From NCBI GenBank assembly GCA_963845515.1, contig CAWJSR010000023.1, forward strand, positions 32,001-96,000: a stretch of 64,000 nucleotides of DNA, in the 5' to 3' direction. Shown here piece by piece: positions 30,264 through 39,210 of this stretch. Numbering within the stretch: the first letter of the stretch is position 1; each line of letters opens with the position of its first letter. The DNA comes from an uncultured delta proteobacterium (lineage in GTDB: Bacteria; Myxococcota; Myxococcia; Myxococcales; Anaeromyxobacteraceae). Position numbers and translations under genes: made by a program. The notes beneath the pieces were generated by a model. The model had not been told where the DNA came from, ran no database searches, and worked only from the letters and a program-made list of their open reading frames with translations.

Positions 30264-30635
30264 GACGGTCCCCTCCGTTGACGTTCCGTCACAGGTAGCA
30301 CGCGGCTCGGCGGCTTGAGTAGTGATTACTCCGCGGTACGAAGGCGCGGGTGTCGCGACTCCCCCAGAAGGGGCACCATGAGCCGACGATGCCAGCGTGG
30401 GCGAAGGAGCGCGAGAAGCCGAGCGATCGGAAGCCGCTCTCCGACCTGGTGCGCGAGGGCCGCTTCGAGTTCTGAACCTCGGACGCGCGCCGCGGCCGGC
30501 CGTCACGCGAGCCGGAGCGGTTCCCCGAGTGATCCTGGCGCGGTGGAGGCAAGTGGTCTGCGACGCTGCCCCGTCACCGGGTTGACTCGGAGGCGCGGCT
30601 CGGGCCCGCGGCGACTGGCGTAGGGTTGTAGCCTG

Positions 30636-31730
30636 ATGTGGCCCCATGGCGGCACAGTGCTCACGGTATCCAGCCGCGCGCTCATCCAGGCGTGCGAACG
30701 ACTTGGAATCGACACGGAGGCGATGCTGCTCACGGCCGGGATCAGCCGGGAGACGCTCGAGAATCCGGACGCGCGCCTGAGGAACAGCGACGTGGGCGCA
30801 CTCTGGGCCAAGGCCTACCAGCTCTCCGGCGACCCGGTGCTGTCGCTGCACGTCGCCGAGGCGTGCCCGCTCGGCGCATACAAGGTCATCGACTACCTGG
30901 CCTCGTGCGCCCGCACGGTCGGGGAGGCCTACCGCTACGCGGCGCGCTACTTCCCCCTGATCAACACCGCCGTGCGGCTGGCCATCGACGAGTCCGGCGA
31001 TCCCGTGACCTTCGACGTGGTGGGCGAGGGCGACGGGACCGCCGTCACGCGTCCGTACGCCGAGTACTGCCTCGCGGCGTTCGTGCTCCACGTGCGCGAG
31101 GGGACAGGCGCCCCCACGGGCCCGCAGTGCGTGACGTTCGCACACCCCCCTCCGGTCGACGTCCGCGAGCACGAGCGGGTCTTCGGCTGCCCCGTGCGCT
31201 TCGGGGCGGACCACAACCGCCTCGTCCTCGACCGCGCCGCGTGGGACACGCCCGCGAGCCGCGCGCAATCCGGCGTCCTCGGCGTGCTCATGGAGCACGC
31301 TGACCTCCTCCTGTCGCGCCTCCCCCGTGGCCCCGACCTCGTCGAGCGCACGCGCCGCGCGATCGCCGGGCGCCTGCGCGGCGGCGATCCCTCCCTGGAA
31401 GGCGTGGCGCGGGAGCTCGGCATCGGCGCGCGAAGCCTGCAGCGTCGCCTTAGCGAGCTCGGCTACACGTTCAACGCCCTGGCCGACGAGGTGCGCGCGG
31501 CGACCGCACGGCTGTACCTGGAGCAGCCCGACATCGCGCTCGCCGAGGTCGGGTACCTGCTCGGGTTCGCAGACCAGAGCACCTTCAACCGCGCATTCAA
31601 GCGCTGGACCGGCGTCACGCCGAAGCAGGCTCGCATCCGGGCGACGGGCGCGACGCCCGCGCGGGCGCTCCACTCGCCCCCGCGCTCAGAACACGGCCGA
31701 CACCTGCGCCTGGAAGGTGACGAGCGCTGA
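30636..31730 (+). CDS. AraC family transcriptional regulator (arabinose-binding-2/OruR type); start uncertain
   Basis: FGCPVRFG, ARSLQRRL, LLGFADQSTFNRAFKRWTG.TP. Confidence 0.92.
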   Translation: MWPHGGTVLTVSSRALIQACERLGIDTEAMLLTAGISRETLENPDARLRNSDVGALWAKAYQLSGDPVLSLHVAEACPLGAYKVIDYLASCARTVGEAYRYAARYFPLINTAVRLAIDESGDPVTFDVVGEGDGTAVTRPYAEYCLAAFVLHVREGTGAPTGPQCVTFAHPPPVDVREHERVFGCPVRFGADHNRLVLDRAAWDTPASRAQSGVLGVLMEHADLLLSRLPRGPDLVERTRRAIAGRLRGGDPSLEGVARELGIGARSLQRRLSELGYTFNALADEVRAATARLYLEQPDIALAEVGYLLGFADQSTFNRAFKRWTGVTPKQARIRATGATPARALHSPPRSEHGRHLRLEGDER

Positions 31731-32465
31731 CGCCTGGACCTCGGCGCCGACGGCGACGTGCCAGAAGCGAGCCTCGAGGCCGGCCGTCGCATGCGGCACG
31801 AGGAGGGCTTCGGTCTTCAGGGCCACGGCGTCGCTGGTCTCTCGCGCGAGCACGGCATCGCCACCGAGCGCCAGGTACGGCGTGAGGACGTGCCAGAAGG
31901 TCCGGCCGACCGAGACGTCGGCGGTGACCGCGTGCATGTCCATGTCGGCGACGTAGAGCGTCTTCGTGTACGCGCCGCGCACCGAGAGCGCGACCGGCGC
32001 GCCCTCGCGCTGCTTCAGGATGCCGTACTTGGCCTCGATCCCGAGCCAGCCGTAGTTCGCTTCCGGGCTCTTCGTGAAGTACGCGCCGACGTCGAGGTCG
32101 TCGGTCACGCCGACGCGGAGCCGCAGCTTGGGGAACTTCTTGTCCGCGCCGAGCCAGTGGTCAGGGGCGGGGTGGGTGAAAGTGTCGTTCCAGGCGGCGG
32201 ACTCCTCGTCGACCGTGAAGTAGATCTGCTCGACGTCGACGGCGACGCCCCGTTGGCCCAGCGTCGCCGGAGGGCCCCCCTGCTTGAAGGCGGACACCGA
32301 GCCGAACTCGCGCGCGAAGCGCTCGAACGCCGGCTGCGTGAGCTCGGGGGCGAAGTGCACCTCGCAGTCGTCGAGCGACGAGTCGACGTGCAGCACGGGT
32401 TGGGCCAACGCGGTCGAGGACGTCAGCAGGCCGAGGGCAACTGGGATCATCAGGGCTCTTTCCAT
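31686..32465 (-). CDS. Putative outer-membrane beta-barrel protein
   Basis: Signal peptide, amphipathic strands, C-terminal Phe (VSAVF). Confidence 0.7.
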   Translation of the reverse strand: MERALMIPVALGLLTSSTALAQPVLHVDSSLDDCEVHFAPELTQPAFERFAREFGSVSAFKQGGPPATLGQRGVAVDVEQIYFTVDEESAAWNDTFTHPAPDHWLGADKKFPKLRLRVGVTDDLDVGAYFTKSPEANYGWLGIEAKYGILKQREGAPVALSVRGAYTKTLYVADMDMHAVTADVSVGRTFWHVLTPYLALGGDAVLARETSDAVALKTEALLVPHATAGLEARFWHVAVGAEVQASALVTFQAQVSAVF

Positions 32466-32539
32466 GAGGACCTTCCTCCGTGTTCGGTTGTGCGACGAAG
32501 GAATCGTGCGCCCTCCCGCCGGCGAGGTCTGGGCTGGCG

Positions 32540-32566
32540 GCGCCAATCTCTTTGCCTCGCGCGCCA
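32540..32566 (-). promoter_or_regulatory. Putative AraC-family binding site
   Basis: TGGCGC direct repeat with 21-bp period on the minus strand upstream of the barrel gene. Confidence 0.45.
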
Positions 32567-32702
32567 TGCGTGCCCGTCAACGGCTGCTTCGCCACGGGGT
32601 AGGGCCGCGGCGAGGGGAAGAAGATGACCGGAGAGGGCCACGTCGTGGTCGTGCGTCCGCCGTGCACTTCTCCCGGCCATGGGTTCCGGGGGAGACTCGG
32701 GC

Positions 32703-33278
32703 ATGTTCGCTGCCCTGCTGCTGGCGCTCGTGGGAGGCGTCGCGCTCTTCCTCTGGGGTCGCCCCCCGGCGAAGGAGCGGGCGGAGGAGCAGCTCGTGCG
32801 CCGGCTGATCGACCTCGCCGTCCAGGATCAGGCCGGGGCCATGCGGCTGCTGCGGGAACATCCCCAGCTGCTCGGCGCCCGCTACCTCCACGATGAGACG
32901 CTCCTGCACTTCTGCGCCGCCGAGGGGCTGGTGCCGGGAGTCCGCTTCTTCGCGGGCGCCGGGGTGCCGATCGACGCCGTGAACGAGTTCGGCGAGACGG
33001 CGCTCATGGACGCCGCCGCCCTCGGGAACCTCGAGGTCGTGAAGGTGCTGCTCCGGCATGGCGCCGATCCGAACGCCTCGTCTCGCACCAGCGACCGCGC
33101 CCTGCACGCGGCCGTGGCTCACGGGCACGTGGAGCTGGTGGCGGCGCTGCTCGATGCCGGGGCGCGGGCCGACTACGTGTCGGTCCTGGGCGAGTCCGTG
33201 TGGGATGCCGTCGGGAGGGCGGCGTCGAGGCGAGAGGAGGTCGCGCGGGTCCTCGAGCGCCACGGAGTCAGGCGGTGA
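32703..33278 (+). CDS. Ankyrin repeat protein with N-terminal TM
   Basis: ETLLH, GETALMDAA..GNLEVVKVLL.HGADPN, ALHAAV..GH. Confidence 0.88.
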   Translation: MFAALLLALVGGVALFLWGRPPAKERAEEQLVRRLIDLAVQDQAGAMRLLREHPQLLGARYLHDETLLHFCAAEGLVPGVRFFAGAGVPIDAVNEFGETALMDAAALGNLEVVKVLLRHGADPNASSRTSDRALHAAVAHGHVELVAALLDAGARADYVSVLGESVWDAVGRAASRREEVARVLERHGVRR

Positions 33279-33302
33279 GCCTGGCTGAGGTGTCCGCGGC
33301 AC

Positions 33303-33644
33303 TTAGCGCCCCATCACGAGGTCGATCCCGACGAACACGAGCGAGAGCTGCCTGGCCGAGACGCGTCCGGCGCGCTCCGTCAGGGCGCCGCGATCGAGCG
33401 TGACGAGCTGGGAGACGTTCGCGACGGAGTCCTTCCCGAGCCCCGTGCTTCGCGCCGGCAGCAGGACGTTCCCGGGGGCGCCGGCCCACTTCAGGTTGCT
33501 CGTGAGGGGGACGCAGACGATCGTTGCGACCCGGCTTCGGTTGAAGGCGTTTCCCTGGACCACGAGCACCGGCCGGCGAAACCCCGGGCCGGAGCCGGCC
33601 GGCTCCGGCAGGTCGGCCCAGCAGACGTCTCCCTGGGCGATCAC
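33303..33644 (-). CDS. PemK/MazF family toxin
   Basis: QGDVCWADL..P.GSGPG.RRPVLVVQ...FN, VPLTSN, SVANVSQ. Confidence 0.92.
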   Translation of the reverse strand: MIAQGDVCWADLPEPAGSGPGFRRPVLVVQGNAFNRSRVATIVCVPLTSNLKWAGAPGNVLLPARSTGLGKDSVANVSQLVTLDRGALTERAGRVSARQLSLVFVGIDLVMGR

Positions 33645-33877
33645 CACTCGGAGCGCCGGAGGATGCGCCGCGCGGCCGCGGCGGCGGGCGCGTCGAGGCG
33701 GGTGTCCAGCTCGCCTGCGACCCGGTTCAGCTCCTCGGTGATCCCCTCGGGCTCGTGGCGGGCGACGTACTCGGCCACCGCCTCGGCGAAGAGGGCGCTC
33801 CGGCTCTTCTTCAGGCGCCGCGCGAGCTGCTCGGCGTCCTCGAAGACGTCGTCGGGGATGGAGATGGCCGTCTTCAT
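33641..33877 (-). CDS. RHH antitoxin (MazE-like)
   Basis: MKTAISIPDDVF..AE.LA...SRS.LF; GTGA overlap with toxin. Confidence 0.88.
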   Translation of the reverse strand: MKTAISIPDDVFEDAEQLARRLKKSRSALFAEAVAEYVARHEPEGITEELNRVAGELDTRLDAPAAAAARRILRRSEW

Positions 33878-34018
33878 ACCGGAAGTATAACCAGGGGCCC
33901 GGGCCGCGTCCAACGTCTACGGTCTCGCGAGCGCCCTCACGAGGGACGCGGAGCGCCGCGCCTCCTACCACCGTTCGCGGGCTGACCGTTGACGCGGACG
34001 CCTCCACCTGACCACGTG

Positions 34019-35077
34019 ATGGGCATGCGCTCGCTCGGGGCTCTCCTCCTGCTGCTCGCGGCACGCCCCGCCTCGCCGTGCGACGCCTTCCTGTTGGACA
34101 CGGCCTCGGGCCCAGTGGTCGCCAAGGGCTACGACTGGAGCGACGAGCGCGGTCAGGTCGTGGTCAACAAGCGTGGCGTCGAGAAGCGCGCACTAGTCCT
34201 CGCCCCCTCCGACGCCCCGGCCGCCTGGAGGAGCCGTTTCGCGAGCCTCACGTTCAACCAGTACGGGCGCGAGCTGCCGAACGGCGGCATGAACGGGGCT
34301 GGGCTCGTGGTCGAGGTGCTCATGCTCCCGGCCAGTGCCTTCTCCGCGCCGGACGGGCGGCCGGTCGTCACCGAGTTGGGGCTCGTGCAGTACCTGCTGG
34401 ACCAGGCGGCGAGCACGAGCGAGGCCATCGCGCTCGCCCGAAAGGTCCGCGTCGCGCCCGTGTACGCCAAGGTCCACTACTTCGTCTGCGACGCCGTTCC
34501 TGCGTGCGCGGTGCTCGAGCTGCTACGCGGCGAGCTCGTCGTGGCAACGGGCGCGACGATGCCGGCGCGGGTCCTCACGAACAGCCCGTACGCCACCGCT
34601 GCGGCGGCCTTCGCGCGCTCGGGGCGCGGGAGGGCCAGCTCCTCTACCTGGCAGGGCTCGATCGAGCGCTTCATCCGCCTGGCGAGCCGCACCGCCGCGC
34701 CGTCGTCCGCCGCCAGCCCGGTCGCTGACGCGCTCTCGATCCTCGACACCGTGCGCTTTGCAGACTCCACGCAGTGGCAGATCGTCTACGAGCCCCGGAG
34801 CCGCCGCGTCCACTTCCGCTCGCGCTCCCGCCCGTCGGTGAAGACCGTCGCCCTGGACGCCTTCCCGCCAGGGTGCGCGGAGCCGGCCATGACCCTCGAT
34901 CTGCAGACCCGCGCCGCGGGTGAGGTGTCAGGAGCGTTCGTCCCATACGACGACGCGACGAACCGGGCGCTCCTGCGGGCCACGACGGCTCCGCTCCGCG
35001 CGCGGCTGCCGCCGGGCATCGCCGAGCGCGCTGCTGCGCTTCCGCGAGGGCTCACGTGCGTGAGGGGGGGCCGATGA
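34019..35077 (+). CDS. Secreted linear amide C-N hydrolase (choloylglycine hydrolase/penicillin V acylase family)
   Basis: Signal peptide then catalytic Cys (CDAF), YDW, GGMN..GL, VQYLLD, LTNS, TQWQIVY. Confidence 0.88.
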   Translation: MGMRSLGALLLLLAARPASPCDAFLLDTASGPVVAKGYDWSDERGQVVVNKRGVEKRALVLAPSDAPAAWRSRFASLTFNQYGRELPNGGMNGAGLVVEVLMLPASAFSAPDGRPVVTELGLVQYLLDQAASTSEAIALARKVRVAPVYAKVHYFVCDAVPACAVLELLRGELVVATGATMPARVLTNSPYATAAAAFARSGRGRASSSTWQGSIERFIRLASRTAAPSSAASPVADALSILDTVRFADSTQWQIVYEPRSRRVHFRSRSRPSVKTVALDAFPPGCAEPAMTLDLQTRAAGEVSGAFVPYDDATNRALLRATTAPLRARLPPGIAERAAALPRGLTCVRGGR

Positions 35078-35123
35078 GACGTCTCGCTGCACGGTCCCCG
35101 GTCGCAGGCTAAGTGATAGCTGC

Positions 35124-35606
35124 GTGCACGCCGCGGCCCTCGTCACCCTCCTGTCCCTTGTCGTTGCGGCGCCCGGATGCGTGCCGAAGGGAGCCGTGAA
35201 CGTGATGCCATCCTCCCCGGTGCTCCACCTGAGCGTGTCCATCGAGCGTCCCCCGGCAGACGTCTACGCCTTCGTCGTCGATCCCCGGAACCTCCCGCGG
35301 TGGGCCTCGGGACTGGGCGGGTCCATCGAGGAGGTCGGCGGCGAGTGGATCGCCGCCTCGCCGTTGGGGAAGGTGAAGGTCCGGTTCACCGAGCGGAATG
35401 AGCTCGGCGTCCTGGATCACTACGTGACGCTCGAGTCGGGGCAGACGGTCTTCGTTCCGATGAGGGTCCTCCCCAGAGGTGCGGGCAGCGAGCTCGTCTT
35501 CACGCTCTTTCGCCTGCCCGGGACGAGCGACGAGGCCTTCTCGGCGGATGCCAGGACGGTCGAGCGGGATCTGGCGGCCTTGAAGCGCCTGCTGGAAGCA
35601 CCCTGA
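35124..35606 (+). CDS. SRPBCC/polyketide cyclase-like protein (alternative start 35205)
   Basis: SVSIERP..DVYAF..DPRNLPRWA, GVLDH, DL..LK.LLE. Confidence 0.8.
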   Translation: MHAAALVTLLSLVVAAPGCVPKGAVNVMPSSPVLHLSVSIERPPADVYAFVVDPRNLPRWASGLGGSIEEVGGEWIAASPLGKVKVRFTERNELGVLDHYVTLESGQTVFVPMRVLPRGAGSELVFTLFRLPGTSDEAFSADARTVERDLAALKRLLEAP

Positions 35607-35736
35607 CGAATCGCCACATCCAGGCCGTCCCAGATGAGGGCGCTCTTCGAGCAGGAGCGCACCGGGTGCTATGCCCAATGGGGCACGCGCCACCTGGGGC
35701 CGCACGGCGTCCACGACCTCCAACCGGGAGCAGACC

Positions 35737-36492
35737 ATGACCTCCGCAGCCAGGCGCTTCACGGGCAAGACAGTCATCGTCACGGGTGCAGGGGCAGGCA
35801 TCGGCAGGGCGACCGCGAAGCGGCTCGCTGACGAGGGCGCCCGGGTAATCGCGACCGACGTGGTAGCCGATCGGCTCGCCGCGCTGAAGGCCGAGCTGCC
35901 CGACGCCGACCTCACGATCATCGTCGGCGACGTCTCGAAGGAGGCGAGCGTGCAGGAGATCGTCGCCGCCGCGAACGGCAAGGTCGACGGGCTGGCCAAC
36001 GTCGCCGGGATCATGGACCGCTTCCAGCCGTTGCACGAGGTCGACGACGCCATCTGGGACCGGGTGATGAACGTCAACGTCACCTCGATCATGAGGCTCA
36101 GCCGCGCCGTCCTCCCGTTGATGCTCGAGGCGGGCAAGGGCGCCATCGTCAACGTCACCTCCGAGGCCGGCTTGCGCGGCTCGGCCGCGGGCGTCGCCTA
36201 CACGACCTCGAAGCACGCGGTGATCGGCATCACCAGGAACTGCTCGGTGATGTACGCGCCGAAGGGGATCCGCGTGAACGCCGTGGCGCCCGGCGGCGTG
36301 AAGACGAGCATCGAGGCGCAGATGGGGTCGCAGTTCGCGGCCGAGCGCATCGGCCCGCTGATGCAGCACGTGCTGCCCCCGATGGCCCAGCCCGAGGAGC
36401 TCGCGGCGGCCATCACCTGGCTGCTCAGCGACGACTCCGCAAACGTCTCGGGCATCGTGCTCGCCTCCGACGGCGGCTGGTCGGCGATCTGA
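35737..36492 (+). CDS. SDR family oxidoreductase
   Basis: TGAGAGIG, NVAG, YTTSK, IRVNAVAPG, DGG. Confidence 0.93.
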   Translation: MTSAARRFTGKTVIVTGAGAGIGRATAKRLADEGARVIATDVVADRLAALKAELPDADLTIIVGDVSKEASVQEIVAAANGKVDGLANVAGIMDRFQPLHEVDDAIWDRVMNVNVTSIMRLSRAVLPLMLEAGKGAIVNVTSEAGLRGSAAGVAYTTSKHAVIGITRNCSVMYAPKGIRVNAVAPGGVKTSIEAQMGSQFAAERIGPLMQHVLPPMAQPEELAAAITWLLSDDSANVSGIVLASDGGWSAI

Positions 36493-36499
36493 GGGGCCC

Positions 36500-36530
36500 C
36501 CCCCGGTAACCGTCCTCGGCTAACGGGGGT
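36500..36530 (+). repeat. Degenerate copy of the post-tRNA hairpin
   Basis: 27/31 identical to 26466-26496. Confidence 0.7.
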
Positions 36531-37143
36531 CCGTCGGCGGCGCCGCGGTCGAACGTTTCGCCTCGAAGGCGGCCCGGCGCTCGTCCACCTCGCGCTGGAG
36601 CCGCTCGACGATCGGGAGCAGCTCCGGCGCCCGCTCGGCTGCGCCACTCATCGCGATGATCGCGTCCTCGATCAGCTCCACCTGCCGGACGTCGCGCTCC
36701 CGCACCTGCTCTATCGCGGCGGCCACCGTCACGAAGAGCTCCGACAGCTCATCCGACTTGCGCAGCAGGCGCACCAGCGGGTACCGGCCGACGGCGACGG
36801 AGGTGAGGTAGCGCCGCATCATCATCGCCGGGCCGGCCACCCGGTGGGTCATGCGGACGCCCAGCCAGCCGAACCCCACCGCCGCCAGGGCGGCCACGCC
36901 GGCGAAGGCCACGAAGAGCAGGCGGTAGCTCGACTCCATGGCTCGCTGCCCGATGTAGTCGAGGCCGGCCACGGCGAGGGCGTACTGGTGGGACTGCTGC
37001 AGCCACAGCCCAAGGGACACTGCGACGATACCCACCGCAGCGGCCATCAGGAGTGCGTACTTGAGCTGGAAGCCGCGGTCGACGAGGTAGTTCCTGCGCT
37101 TCCAGCTTCCGAGCGCTGCCACGTTTCCGAATGCGGGGGCCAT
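36520..37143 (-). CDS. Two-TM HAMP-like membrane protein
   Basis: RRNYLVDRGFQLKY, THRVAGP, LRKSDEL. Confidence 0.75.
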   Translation of the reverse strand: MAPAFGNVAALGSWKRRNYLVDRGFQLKYALLMAAAVGIVAVSLGLWLQQSHQYALAVAGLDYIGQRAMESSYRLLFVAFAGVAALAAVGFGWLGVRMTHRVAGPAMMMRRYLTSVAVGRYPLVRLLRKSDELSELFVTVAAAIEQVRERDVRQVELIEDAIIAMSGAAERAPELLPIVERLQREVDERRAAFEAKRSTAAPPTDPR

Positions 37144-37249
37144 GGGCGATGCCTCCTTCTCCTTCGAGGCTGGCACGCCCGGGAGGTGGCCGTGCGCTCC
37201 CGACCCGGGGGAAGTGAGGTTCCCTTCGAGGGGTGAGGCCCCGCACGGC

Positions 37250-38230
37250 CTAAGGGAACAGGATCCCCCGCACCCCGATCTGCAGCCACGTGTGGCGCGC
37301 CCGGGTCTCGATCGGAACGATGTCGCCGTTTCCGCGGTCGACGTCCGGGTAGCGCGACGTGGAGCCCGTGACGAAGGCCCCCAGGCCGATCGCCCGGCTC
37401 AGCCGGAGGTCCCATCCGGCCGAGAGGCGCAGCAGCTCACCGCCGCCGTAGGAGGGCGTCTGGTCGGTGGCGTCGGAGAGGGCCATCACTACGTCGTAGG
37501 CGAGGCCAGCGCCGATCCACGGCGTGCTCGACGCCGCGGGCGTGAAGGCGTAGCGCGCCATCAGCCCCATCTTCACGTCGGACGTGTCGCAGCTGAAGCC
37601 ACCACCTGCGCACCACGCGTCCAGATCGGGGCCGGCCTGGCCGAACGCCACGTCCAGGAAGCCGCCCACCAGGAACCTGGGGGTGAGCCGCAGCCCCGCC
37701 TCCAGGCCGAACCCCGTCATCGGGGTCGTGAAGCCCTTCATCGTCAGGCCGGCCTCCAGATCCCCCCCCGGGATGAGCCGGAACAGGCTCGCCGCCAGCA
37801 TGATCTGCGCGGGTGGCCCGGGGGCCGTTGGCGCGACCGTGGGCCCGGCGGTCGGATCGGCGACCGGCGGCAGCGGCTCGACAGGCATGACCTGGTAGCT
37901 CTCGGGCACCGGCTGCACGGACGATGGGGGCGGGGCCGAAGGCTGGGGCTCGGTGCCGGCCGCCGCTGGCGGCGAAGGAGCGACCTCGGCCGGCGGTGGA
38001 AGGTCCCCATACGTCTTCACCGTTCCGTCGCCGTACCGGATTCGATAGACGTCGGAGGGCTTGAGGTTGCGCTGCTCGCCCCCCGGGAGCCGGATGGAGA
38101 CGCCGCGGCCGGGATCCTCCTCCACGACGGTGCCGAGCACCCTCCCTCCGTTCTTCAGGAAGACCGTGTCGAGATCGACCGCGGTGGCGGCAAGGAGCGC
38201 CGCGACGACCACGCTGACGAATGGCGCCAT
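37250..38230 (-). CDS. Secreted protein with N-terminal small domain, Pro-rich linker and OM beta-barrel
   Basis: DTVFLKNGG...GTVVE; barrel strands ending HTWLQIGVRGILFP. Confidence 0.72.
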   Translation of the reverse strand: MAPFVSVVVAALLAATAVDLDTVFLKNGGRVLGTVVEEDPGRGVSIRLPGGEQRNLKPSDVYRIRYGDGTVKTYGDLPPPAEVAPSPPAAAGTEPQPSAPPPSSVQPVPESYQVMPVEPLPPVADPTAGPTVAPTAPGPPAQIMLAASLFRLIPGGDLEAGLTMKGFTTPMTGFGLEAGLRLTPRFLVGGFLDVAFGQAGPDLDAWCAGGGFSCDTSDVKMGLMARYAFTPAASSTPWIGAGLAYDVVMALSDATDQTPSYGGGELLRLSAGWDLRLSRAIGLGAFVTGSTSRYPDVDRGNGDIVPIETRARHTWLQIGVRGILFP

Positions 38231-38351
38231 GTGGTGAACCCCCCTCCTCCCGATGGTCGGCAATTCCGGGCGAGCGGTCAATGATCCAGGTGAGCCTGGG
38301 GCGCCGCGCCGCGAGAGAGGCAGAGGGTGGAGCCGTGCTCTCCGGTGACGC

Positions 38352-39210
38352 TCAGCTCTTCCCCAGCGCCGCGGCGACGGCGTCGGCGAGCGGAGTCGTA
38401 GGCCGTCCGATCAGCCGCCTCAGATCGCCCGTGGAGTCGTCGAGCTCCCCGTGCGCGATGCCGACGTCGGAGTCCGCGTAGAGCTCGGCGACCGGCTCCG
38501 GCAGTCCAGCGCCGGTGAGCACCGCCTTGTACTGCTCCTTCGGCAGGTCGTTGTAGACGACCGTCCTGCCGGCGCGCTTCGAGACCTCCGACGGCCAGCT
38601 CGGCCATCGTGAACGGGAAGTCGCCGGCCAGCTCGTAGATCTTCTTCTCGTTCCCCGTGGCGGTCAGGACGGCGACCGCGGCGGCGGCGTAGTCGGCGCG
38701 GGCCGCTGCCGCGACGCGCCCCTTGCCGGCGCTCCCCGGTATCGCGCCGTGCTCCAGCGCGGGCCCGAGGTGCTCGGTGTAGTTCTCGAGGTACCAGCCG
38801 TTTCGCAGGAAGACGTAGGGCAGCCCCGAGACCCGGATCCGCTCCTCGGTAGCCTTGTGCTCCGCGGCGAGCCCCAGCTTCGACGTGTCGGCCCGCAGGC
38901 AGCTCGTGTAGGCGATCAGCCCGACGCCGGCGCGCTTGGCCGCGTCGATGACCGCGGCGTGCTGCTGCGCCCGCTTCCCGACCTCGCTGGAGGAGATCAG
39001 CAGCAGCCTGTCGGCACCGGCGAGGGCCGCTGCGAGCGTCTCGGGCTTCGAGTAGTCGGCCTCGCGCACCTGCACGCCGCTGGCGGCGAGGTCGGCCGCC
39101 TTCTCGGGGCTGCGCACCGCGGCCACGATCTCCCTCGCGGGGACCTTCTTCAGCAACCCATGGACGACCAGCCGGCCGAGGTGGCCCGTGGCGCCGGTGA
39201 CTACGATCAT
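38352..39210 (-). CDS. NAD(P)H:quinone oxidoreductase QorB/YtfG-like SDR; frameshift near 38590
   Basis: VTGATGHLG, LLLISSSEVG.R..QH, LRNGWY.EN; tail LIGRPTTPLADAVAAAL in shifted frame. Confidence 0.88.

Noticed and set aside
30264..31673. N-terminal extension giving a 1227-aa ORF
   Set aside because: Antisense to araC; the real start with lipobox is at 30263
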